From Vitrella brassicaformis CCMP3155 (taxonomy: Eukaryota; Protista; Chromerida): DNA of 64,000 nt. The stretch's first letter is position 1. The number at the start of each line of letters is the position of its first letter. This document shows, piece after piece, positions 39,524-50,060 of the stretch. Position numbers and translations under genes: made by a program. The stretch covers positions 120,244 through 184,243 of the forward strand of contig CDMY01000138.1 of assembly GCA_001179505.1 (NCBI GenBank), read 5' to 3'. The notes under the pieces were generated by a model, which was given only the letters and a program-made list of their open reading frames with translations, had not been told where the DNA came from and did not search any database.

Positions 39524-40448
39524 TCACCGGTCATCCATATTCGAATAGCGCCCCCTGTCGCTGGCATCACACGCCAGCAGCGGGGTTGGCGGTCTGACCC
39601 CGCATCGATACGAGATGAATGACGTCACGAAGGCTGACACCCCGTAGAGCACCTGAGCAGGAAGAAAAAACAAACCAGGTAGATGGTGGTGGGTGTGTGA
39701 GGTGAGCTGTGGTGTGCCGTGGTATGGCATTGGCTACCGGTCCCCACAGTGTGTCCCCCACCGCTACCCATATCGACCACCTGATTTGAGTCGGCCAGAC
39801 ATACAGACGGATCAACCAAAGACATTGTGTCCCGCATGCTTACTTGGCTAGCAGTGCGCACACTGTCCATGCGTAGACACCGTAGACGACCAGCTGAATA
39901 GACGAACGCACACATACCCATCCTCGACGTCCATGGGGCGTCGACGTGCGCTCTCCCTGCTCCGTGCTGCTTACGCCGAAAAGTGCCGCAAAGAGAGTCT
40001 CTCTAAACGGCCGCAACTGATCTTTCGGCGTGACGACCTGGAGATGAAACCGACAAAACCAACAGGTAGACGAAAAGGATGCGCAGATCTAGTTGACACC
40101 GACAGTACCGTCACGCCCAGGGTGATAAACAAGTATGCGAGAAGCCCGGGGAGGGGCCGCACACCCATGCTCGCTCCTGCATGACCCGACATACACAGGT
40201 GAGTCGCGTACGTTGCTTTCCATCGCCCTGCTCTGCCCTGATCTGACCTTGAACCGCGTGAACCATTGGTTGGTATTGCGGCAGCACAAAGAGATTGATC
40301 CACGCGACGTCGAGGAGTGTTGTAACGACCGCAGCGATGAGGAACGTGAGGCAGTAATACCTGAGTCCGTTTTTGGCGCACATCTGACGGTACTCAGCCT
40401 ACATGTATGTGTATGTGCGTACTTGACGGTGGCAACAGAATCAGCCAT
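39524..40448 (-). CDS. DUF2177-like small integral membrane protein, 6 exons
   Basis: Phase-consistent splice: MADSVATVK|YYCLTFLIAAVVTTLLDVAWINLFVLPQYQPMVHAVQ|GASMGVRPLPGLLAYLFITLGVT|VVTPKDQLRPFRETLFAALFG|LVVYGVYAWTVCALLAK|WSIWVAVGDTLWGP|VLYGVSAFVTSFISY. The first junction shown is inferred from a short leader exon, so the exon count may be 7. It matches the DUF2177 pattern LD..W...Y / P..L.Y / ALFGLV.YG.Y..T / W....D..WG. Confidence 0.75.
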
Positions 40449-40538
40449 TTGAACTTCCTTCCCACCATTCGTCCCGTTACACGTGCCACACCGACCCTAA
40501 ATACATCTGGGGTGGGGGCATGAATTGGAAAGGCAGGC

Positions 40539-43416
40539 ATGATGCAGCCTTTGAGTTGTCCTCTCTCGCCGGAGCGTGGAACCACGACGATTTTTCGATC
40601 AGCTGGCGACGCCACGGAGCCATGGGGAGAAGAGGGCGACGATATCGGTCAACAGCAAACAACGGATGCTCTGGGCGACAAAGAGGAGAATGGCACCGAG
40701 GAAGATGAGGATCTAGCTGATGAGTGCATCCTGAGAACGGCAGAGCCGGCCCATGAGCGCATCGCGCCCTATCGCTCCATGCTGTCCGCATCACACACGA
40801 CGGGAATCGCCGTGGACGACCAAAATAAGCAGGGCGACCGGACAGAAGGCGACGAAGAGCCCGTCCTGGATGACATTCATCGCTTGGAGGAGAAAGCGAT
40901 AGCTGCCTCGGTGGCTAAGTACGTAAGGGGCTCATTTTAAGCGAACATTTGTGTACGTGAGATTTGTCTGACTGCAGGTTCAGAGAGGCTGCAGGATACG
41001 AAGCTAACTTCGAAGAATTTTGCACGACCCTCAAGTACAAGACCGTCCGTGATCCCGATGGCAGCACAAGAGAGGTGGCAGTCGGCACCTATTTCAATGC
41101 GGAACCTCTGTGGTCGACCATGCGGCGGATCGGCAAGATGATGCTGTGGCAGCTCGCGGCCGCTTTGTGTGTGTCTACTGTAGTCATCAGCATGCTACTC
41201 ATATTTTGGTTCAGCTGCGAGTCTAGGATGCTGGGCCCTGCCGTCGATGTCATTCGTTTGCTGGTGTTTTCTTATGGATGTATTCTTGCAGCGGGGCTTG
41301 CGGTTACAGGAGCCAATTTTCGCCGCAACATGTCTCTTCTCAGAAAGTCCTGGCTGATATTGGCGATAGTGGCGGCGTTACATATGTTAGATGCTGTCGT
41401 GCTTCATCTTCAGTGGCGCCCTACTCTAAAGGCATTTGTTCTTGGCGCTGTGTTGATGGTGCACCACTTACTTATTCCCTGGACGTATCCAGGGAGGAAG
41501 TAAATTATCGGCGGTATAAACATAGTGGTCGCCATAATGTCGAACTTGGCATTTTGTGTTGAGGGACAGATGTGTGTATGCGTGAACGGCATCTGTCGAG
41601 TCCAACCAACATACACCGTCAGTCCAACCATTCATTCATTCAGCTCGTGAAAGTACCGCGTCGCCAAGTTATTAAGCTTTGTGAAGATACGCGCTTATGT
41701 GTTGAAGGTGGGAACGGCGGTGCTCCTCAGCCAAATTGTGTTTGGAAAGTTCTCAGTGAGTTACTTCCTGCCTCGTGGCGCGATGGCTCCAGACGACTAC
41801 GCTAAGGTAGGTGAGTACCAGTAAGCATGAGATGGAGCGCTTCACTTGTACATACTGATCCATGTGTATGTGTATTGTGTATGTTCTTTTCTTTTTCATG
41901 CTAGGCTCAGATTGCTTTGCAGAGTGTCGTATTTGGATGGCCTGTCATCTCTCTGGCAAACAAGATCGTCAGATCGCTACGCGTACGGATTCGACTGTGG
42001 ATCGTTGTTTGCTGAACACAATTTGCCTATGTCTACCGTTCAGGAGGGCCCGCCGACATGCAATGGTCTTGTGATCATGTGGATTGCGGTACCTTACCTA
42101 CTCACACCGAGGCTCATCCAGGTACGGCACCGCATTGTAAGACAGGCAGAGATGCGGTTGTGGTTGTGTGACAGGCCGAGATGATCAGCTTGAGCAGCAA
42201 ACTCCTCTCCTCGGTTGCCATTGCATTGTAAGCTGCACTCTGTTCAAACAGAAAACTGACTCGCCTCTGTATATCTCTCTCGTTCATGCTTTTCTTCTAT
42301 CAGCTTTGATCTCATTACTGACATACTTCTTCCGTAGGGTAGGTCTTCAGGCAGCACACACACGGGAATCGATCCAGCTATCGTTTTACATTCGCTGCCA
42401 TCGTGTGCTGCACACGCAGGGACATTGATATACCTCGCCGTCTGGAGATTTTTCAAGTCGGGTCGATGCACTAGAGACACAGGCGTAGTAGCGGACACAT
42501 GGAAGGCAGCGACCAATCACGGGCACGGCAAGGCGGCTTCCAGCAAGGAAAAGGGCAATGATCCTTTGACACGTCAAAGCGCAACAATCAAGACAAGAGT
42601 GCCCTCCATGCGCGCAACTCTGGGCAGATCGGTCTCTTTTCTCACTCAAGCGGCCAACATGCAGTCAGCATTCGCCTCATTAGAGGTCAGCCCCCGATAC
42701 ATGCGCCTTCTTTCGGACCAAGCTCGTCTGTAAGAGACACATGAAATCGATCCACTGTTATCAGGTTTGCTTCTTATGTTTGATCCGCTTCTGTGCTGAT
42801 GTGCAGGTGGTCGATGGCAGAGATTGCGACCTTGATCTTCACCAACTTGATGGTCTTGGTCATCAACCAGATATGGCACAAAGACGCATCTCTTGCCAGC
42901 CTCTTCACGAGCATCGCCGGCCTGGTCGTGCTGCTCGTGGTTGAGGGCGCGTTTGAGACCATTCATGTGCTCTGGATGGTTCGAATCCATAACCTGCCGC
43001 TGTTGTGCTCAGAGGACGAGCCAGGTGTCGTCAAGGCCTCAATCCTCACCTGTCTCCTCGAATTTGTCATCGTGTGAGTTCTAATCGATCCAGAAATGCA
43101 CATCGCGCCTTCGGCCTTGACTTGTCTGTATTTGTTTGTCTCTGAGCTGCGTGCAGGACGAGCGGATTTGCTGTGCTCGTCAAATTTTTCATGCTGCACG
43201 CAGTCGACCCAGACAAGCACGCGGACGCTTCTTTTGTCGATGTGTGCCTCTACTTTCAGCCCTACTTCATGTTCCCAGCATTTATGCACTTCGGAGAGCA
43301 TTCAATAGATAGCACAGCCGGTGCACGGCATGGATGGGTGTTTTGTTTTGACTGCTTTGTTTTGGTTTGTTTTGTCTGCTTTGTCTGTTTGTCATGTATG
43401 TGTGACAGTGAGTTGA
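40539..43416 (+). CDS. Multi-pass membrane protein of unknown family (paralogue of 25198-27589)
   Basis: ATG at 40539, acidic N-terminus, then hydrophobic exons at 40980-41480, 41690-41810, 42810-43075 and 43157-43320. EIATLIFTNLMVLVINQ...AGLVVLLVVEGAFETIHVLWMVRIHNLPL aligns with ELTVLILTNLCIITLDQ...AGLLIMVFIEVVFEGVQFIWLVRPVNLPL in the minus-strand gene. The end is approximate. Confidence 0.75.
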
Positions 43417-44371
43417 GAAGACCGAGCCATGGTCAGGGACATGTCGATTTCTCATATCAATCCATATTGCTTTCACTTCACATTTTGGTCGTTTCTGTCT
43501 CGCCTGGGAAGAGCCGCTTAAGCCATCTAGCACTTTCTGTGAGACCGATGTAGACGCATGAGTGTGCGTGGAACAAGTACATGGTCATCAAGGTCGACTA
43601 ACCTGGAGAGAAACGGGAAATGCTGTCTGTCCCTGATCACTCTTAATTTCTAATCGTGAGTGAGGTGAAAAGCTCGTCGTGCCATGTGCTGGCATACAGA
43701 GAACATGGTGCAATTGACACTAGCGCGTCGGTGCCACACAAACATGCAAGCAAGCAGGCAGGCAAGCGCACATGCATGCAGCCGCGCACACACACACACA
43801 CACACACACGACAGCCGTCCAGCCCATTAGCTATCGCTATCCACACGTACATTAACGAACCAACATGAATGATGTCTCGCCAGACAGGGGATCGGAATCA
43901 CCAACACCCACATACCGACCCACCCACCCATGCACCCATTCATCGGGTAACCACACTAGAACTGGAGGCTAGCTGTGACGAAATGAAAACTCCGTCAATT
44001 GCCATTTCCTGCGTGGTTTCCTGCGTGTTTCTGCTGTCATTCTGAGACATCAGACAACTCAATGGCTCTCCCCGTCGGCTTGACCGCCGGCGCCCAGTGA
44101 GCGTTTGACAGGCAAACCGGATATTCACAATGATCAGCAGCGCGAGGCAAGTAGAATCACCGCAGGATAGTGGTATATGACAAGGCTATCCTTGGCTACA
44201 CCTGGGATTCGGACAAATGTCTGGTGCGGACGAGTGTGACCATGGAGAATATGGCTGCCATGGGTGCGTACAATTGCACTTGAACCTCAAATGTCTCGGC
44301 AATCCGTCGCAGCCACTCATGTGGCCGGCTGCATGCAGCGACTCCTCTGCACATACCGCCCATGTATCGAT

Positions 44372-46636
44372 CTACTTGGGCAAATTGCCTTCGGTTAGCG
44401 GGTGGTAGGACGGCAGAGCTGTGATGGCCGTGATCTTGGGCTCCTTGTCAATCTACATATCGCCACACACGGACGGATGACAGACAAAGTCTTCTCGTCC
44501 GTCCGTGTGTCTACCTGTCTGTATACCTACCTTGTAGACGCCCCATTTCTGTTTCTGTCGCCTTCTGCGCAGACGGTGGGCGCGGCGCCGCTGCTCATCC
44601 TGCATCCGAAAAACAAGACGAGACACGAATGAACAGAGAGAAAGTGACAGGGCACTGTGGCTGACTTACGAGCGAGTAGATGAGGGCGCGTCGATTCATC
44701 TCAGCCTTGATCAGCCTGCCAATGGAATGCAGGCCCAAGACACACGAGAACAAAGGCAGGCGCAAAGGAATGAAACGCCCCTTTTGCATGTGTCGTATCC
44801 CCATATGATCCGTCATCCATCCATCCACAGACATGACATGCGTCCATGTCTGTGTGCGTACCGGTTTCGCTTTCGTCTGAACTGGGGGTAAGGGCCGCCC
44901 CATATGTAAGGGGGCAGACCTGCTCACACACGATAAAGAAAGTGAGCAGCACGTGCGCCTGTGTCTGACTGGCTGAATGGGTGGGTGGGTGAGTGGGGAA
45001 CTGACTGACTGACTGACTGACCAGCCTCGACCCTCTGGTGCATGTATCTGCGCTTGATGTTGGACAGACGGCGACGGATCTTCGGCTCCACCGAGCGGAT
45101 ACCTGGCCAGTCGACCCGCCACGCACATATGCTCGGTTGTGTGACACCTCCATTGGCTGTTCCGATGCACGGGCCTGAGTCGCCCCAGCCACCCACCTGG
45201 TTTGTGTACGCCCTGCTTCATGGTGAACTTGCCACGAACGTTGTACTGCCACTTGTACCTGCACCAAACGTGTGCATCCGTCCATTTGCTCCACGCATTC
45301 CTTCAAGACAACACCCCCGGCTGTCTGACCTGTAGTCTCTTGTGAGCGGCTCCTTTTGCGCTGTCTGTGGGTTGGGGATGGCCTTGAGCACCCGCACATC
45401 GAGGAGCCGAGGGCTGTAGCGAGGAACCAGCTGCTCCACACNNNNNNNNNNNNNNNNNNNNNNNNNNNNNNNNNNNNNNNNNNNNNNNNNNNNNNNNNNN
45501 NNNNNNNNNNNNNNNNNNNNNNNNNNNNNNNNNNNNNNNNNNNNNNNNNNNNNNNNNNNNNNNNNNNNNNNNNNNNNNNNNNNNNNNNNNNNNNNNNNNN
45601 NNNNNNNNNNNNNNNNNNNNNNNNNNNNNNNNNNNNNNNNNNNNNNNNNNNNNNNNNNNNNNNNNNNNNNNNNNNNNNNNNNNNNNNNNNNNNNNNNNNN
45701 NNNNNNNNNNNNNNNNNNNNNNNNNNNNNNNNNNNNNNNNNGCCTTGATCAGCCTGCCAATGGAATGCAGGCCCAAGACACACGAGAACAAAGGCAGGCG
45801 CAAAGGAATGAAACGCCCCTTTTGCATGTGTCGTATCCCCATATGATCCGTCATCCATCCATCCACAGACATGACATGCGTCCATGTCTGTGTGCGTACC
45901 GGTTTCGCTTTCGTCTGAACTGGGGGTAAGGGCCGCCCCATATGTAAGGGGGCAGACCTGCTCACACACGATAAAGAAAGTGAGCAGCACGTGCGCCTGT
46001 GTCTGTCTGGCTGAATGGGTGGGTGGGTGAGTGGGGAACTGACTGACTGACTGACTGACCAGCCTCGACCCTCTGGTGCATGTATCTGCGCTTGATGTTG
46101 GACAGACGGCGACGGATCTTCGGCTCCACCGAGCGGATACCTGGCCAGTCGACCCGCCACGCACATATGCTCGGTTGTGTGACACCTCCATTGGCTGTTC
46201 CGATGCACGGGCCTGAGTCGCCCCAGCCACCCACCTGGTTTGTGTACGCCCTGCTTCATGGTGAACTTGCCACGAACGTTGTACTGCCACTTGTACCTGC
46301 ACCAAACGTGTGCATCCGTCCATTTGCTCCACGCATTCCTTCAAGACAACACCCCCGGCTGTCTGACCTGTAGTCTCTTGTGAGCGGCTCCTTTTGCGCT
46401 GTCTGTGGGTTGGGGATGGCCTTGAGCACCCGCACGTCGAGGAGCCGAGGGCTGTAGCGAGGGACCAGCTGCTCCACACCCATTCCCTCATAGACGTTCT
46501 TCAGGGTAAAGGAAGAGTCCGAACGCTTCAGCCGAACCTCCACGCAATAGCCTGCATGCATATATGCATCCATCCATTCAGTCAGTCTGTCGGGACCTGC
46601 CTGCATACGTTGGAAAACAGCGAAGGTCTGCTGTGT
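44372..46636 (-). pseudogene. 5'-truncated, intron-containing duplicate(s) of the mitochondrial bL19 gene
   Basis: Contains the exons from TQQTFAVFQ to the stop (44372). Similarity to the full gene ends abruptly at 46636. Segments 44704-45441 and 45742-46479 are near-identical (offset 1038) on either side of an N gap, so this is a tandem copy or an assembly overlap. Confidence 0.78.
45442..45741. other. Scaffold gap (300 N)
   Basis: Run of N; the flanks overlap each other in sequence. Confidence 0.99.
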
Positions 46637-47270
46637 AAACCAGTGTGTGTGTGGGCGGCTCACGGGGTCAGGTGAGGACAGGAAATTTTCTCATTGACGG
46701 TATCTTGGTCCATAGTAAGCCCGTACCCCAGACTAGTCTAAGTTTGTGTCTATCAGGTCTCTGTGGGCCTGCAGACACTCGACAAGGGTAACTCTACAGT
46801 CAGAAACGTGAAAATCCCGCCAGCGTCGGTGCTGTGTGTGTGAGGGTGCTGCTGACCTCTCCTTTGGCACCTGTGTAGCCCATGAGCTGATGCACTCGAC
46901 CCATGTACTGGATGGACCGGGCAACATCCACAGAGCCAAACACGGGCCTGCGGAGATGGACAAAAATGGGAGAGGGAGGGGTCAGAGAGAAGTTCCGCAG
47001 AGGCCAATTGGTCGGCGCATAGCAAAGCCGTCATCGAGAGCAATCCTCTGGCACCCGAATGAGCCTCGGGGTCTTGGCGCAACACGCCATCTCGACCTGC
47101 ACACACGGACAGACACAGACACAGAGAGAGATGTCAGCTTACTTGTCCTTCTGGCTGCTCCTGACTGCGTGTATGGCCTTCCTGTGAGCCTCTCTGCGGA
47201 GATCTGTCGCGATTCCTGCGCGTGCCTTTCTCCCCAGCACTTCTAAGCTCGCAGGGTTTGGCACCCCACA

Positions 47271-47298
47271 CCCTAAACCCTAATTATGCGTAGGGTTT
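47271..47298. promoter_or_regulatory. Inverted pair of telo-box-like motifs (AAACCCTA ... TAGGGTTT)
   Basis: ccctAAACCCTA at 47271-47282 and TAGGGTTT at 47291-47298, with an 8-nt spacer. A further AGGGTTT lies at ~47253. Confidence 0.45.
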
Positions 47299-47597
47299 GC
47301 GAATTTCGTGAATGCGCGTGTGCAGGAGTGCGCAGCAGACAGGCAGGCACCTTGCCACACACGGATGTGCGCAGGGGTGGGCTGTGTGTGCAGAGAGGGA
47401 GGGAGGGGGCGTGCACTGGGCATGCCCCTCTCTCTCTCTCTGTGTGTGTGTGTGTGTTTCCGTAGGGCAATGCCCAGACAACTTCTGCCGTGCCGGCCAA
47501 CGCACGGGCAGGCAGATACGAAACACACACCACCTGAACGATAACCCTACTTACAAGCTCTAATTCCTACACACGAAATGTCATCCATCCATCCATC

Positions 47598-47742
47598 CGA
47601 GTGGATGCCATCACACGCAGAAGCAATAAACCACCGCCACTGACAATCGATACACAGCGCCAGCAGCACGCCAAACTGGCTGAAGGCGTAGGGCAGTTCC
47701 AGTATGCCCGCGCCGATAAAGGAAGGCGATGAAAGCATTCAG
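47598..47742 (-). pseudogene. Isolated frameshifted exon of an amino-acid transporter (Aa_trans/AAAP family)
   Basis: After the acceptor gtgcag: LNAFIA, a 4-nt insertion, FIGAGILELPYAFSQFGVLLA, a further frameshift, then SIVSGGGLLLLRVMAS. This matches the AAAP TM1-2 motif N...+.IG.G+L.LPYAF...G. No other exons of such a gene are nearby. Confidence 0.55.
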
Positions 47743-47890
47743 CTGCACGTCACGCCACGCACCCACACAGACAGACAGACAGACAGATAGACAGACAGAT
47801 GGGGGAGGTCAGACAGACGTGTGTGCGTGTGTGGGGGGGGACCAGACAGCGACCCCTCTGCAAGTACCTACCGCCCATGTATCTATCGAT

Positions 47891-49731
47891 CTACTTGGGC
47901 AAGTTGCCTTCGGTTAGCGGGTGGTAGGACGGCAGAGCTGTGATGGCCGTGATCTTGGGCTCCTTGTCAATCTACATATCGCCACACACGGACGGATGAC
48001 AGACAAAGTCTTCTCGTCCGTCCTTGTGTCTATCTGTCTGTATACCTACCATGTAGACGCCCCATTTCTGTTTCTGTCGCCTTCTGCGCAGACGGTGGGC
48101 GCGGCGCCGCTGCTCATCCTGCATCCGAAAAACAAGACGAGACACGAATGAACAGAGAGAAAGTGACAGGGCACTGTGGCTGACTTACGAGCGAGTAGAT
48201 GAGGGCGCGTCGATACATCTCGGCCTTGATCAGCCTGCCNNNNNNNNNNNNNNNNNNNNNNNNNNNNNNNNNNNNNNNNNNNNNNNNNNNNNNNNNNNNN
48301 NNNNNNNNNNNNNNNNNNNNNNNNNNNNNNNNNNNNNNNNNNNNNNNNNNNNNNNNNNNNNNNNNNNNNNNNNNNNNNNNNNNNNNNNNNNNNNNNNNNN
48401 NNNNNNNNNNNNNNNNNNNNNNNNNNNNNNNNNNNNNNNNNNNNNNNNNNNNNNNNNNNNNNNNNNNNNNNNNNNNNNNNNNNNNNNNNNNNNNNNNNNN
48501 NNNNNNNNNNNNNNNNNNNNNNNNNNNNNNNNNNNNNNNGACTGACTGACTGACTGACCAGCCTCGACCCTCTGGTGCATGTATCTGCGCTTGATGTTGG
48601 ACAGACGGCGACGGATCTTCGGCTCCACCGAGCGGATACCTGGCCAGTCGACCCGCCACGCACATATGCTCGGTTGTGTGACACCTCCATTGGCTGTTCC
48701 GATGCACGGGCCTGAGTCGCCCCAGCCACCCACCTGGTTTGTGTACGCCCTGCTTCATGGTGAACTTGCCACGAACGTTGTACTGCCACTTGTACCTGCA
48801 CCAAACGTGTTAGTGCATCCGTCCACTTGCTCCACGCATGCATTCAAGACAACACCCCCGGCTGTCTGACCTGTAGTCTCTTGTGAGCGGCTCCTTTTGC
48901 GCTGTCTGTGGGTTGGGGATGGCCTTGAGCACCCGCACATCGAGGAGCCGAGGGCTGTAGCGAGGAACCAGCTGCTCCACACCCACTCCCTCATAGACGT
49001 TCTTCAGGGTAAAGGAAGAGTCCGAACGCTTCAGCCGAACCTCCACGCAATAGCCTGCATCCATCCATCCATCCATCCAGTCAGTCAGTCTGTCGGGAGG
49101 CCTGTCGTTCACCGGTGGCCTGCCTGCATACCTTGGAAAACAGCGAAGGTCTGCTGTGTCCTCGACAGCTCGTAGCGCACCTCCACCAAGTCGCCCGGAT
49201 TGATGCGAGGCATCTCACACGACACACATCACACACCACACACAAACGTCCACGTGTGCCCGCATCATTCATACGCCTTCGCTTTCCATCCCTATATGAG
49301 CCCGTCTGCCTACTTGTCTGTCTGTCTGTCTGTCTGTGCTTGCCTACCGAGAAGGTCCTGAGTCGCCGAAGTCTGGCGACCTCTGCCATCTGCAGGTGGT
49401 GCATCAGCTGGAAGCACTCCCGATTGGTGATTGGCGTGCCCATCTGGTCCAAAGGCGGCCAGGTGCCTGCAGTGATGGGATTGTCCACCGTGTACTTCTT
49501 GAACGGGGCTGTCGACTGGTGCAGACGCTGACGCAGTCCACGGTACGTCACCTACTTCCATGGGGCAGCACACATCGACCCGATGACGAATGCGGGTGGC
49601 TTGTGTGACCCGTTTGCCTCAGTCACCTTGATGCCTGCTCGGGCCCGGGCTTCGAGCGCTGTGCAGTGGGCACTTGTCGGCCGCCCCAACGGGCCATCAC
49701 GTAGGGCACTCCAAAGCTGCCGCGCATTCAT
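47891..49731 (-). CDS. MRPL19: Mitochondrial-type ribosomal protein bL19 (full-length copy; one exon falls in the gap)
   Basis: MNARQLWSALRDGPLGR... presequence-like N-terminus. The core MPRINPGDLVEVRYELSRTQQTFAVFQ|GYCVEVRLKRSDSSFTLKNVYEGVGVEQLVPRYSPRLLDVRVLK matches bL19 (PGD.V.V...F.G...S.FT++...G.GVE...P..SP). Stop at 47891. The exon LPPYIWGGPYPQFRRKRNR is inferred from the partial duplicate. Confidence 0.9.
48240..48539. other. Scaffold gap (300 N)
   Basis: Run of N inside the bL19 gene; the equivalent interval in the duplicate is about 280 nt. Confidence 0.99.
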
Positions 49732-50060
49732 TGGCTGGCCTCACGACGCCTGCACAGTCCACACAAGCACCTACAGAACGGTTGAGCCGCAGACCAGGCA
49801 GATCATGCCTCGAGTGAGCTTCTCACCTGCTGATCTGCAGCCGCGCAGCTGCTGATGAGTTCCTTGCCCTCTAGCGGTGGGTGAAGAAGCCTCCCTCGTG
49901 GACCTGCACGCGCTGCTAGAGCCACACCATCCCGTGCGAGCTTGCAGGAGAAAGAGCGACCGATCTTGAGCGACCTTCCAGTTCGACGAGTTATCATGCG
50001 AGAAACATGGTCATCCATCGTGCATCGCCATGAGATCGTGAAAAAACCCTCTGTTCTTCG

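Noticed and set aside
44701-46491. 596-aa and other long ORFs across the N gaps
   Set aside because: Artefacts of translating through N; they read bL19 exons and introns out of frame.
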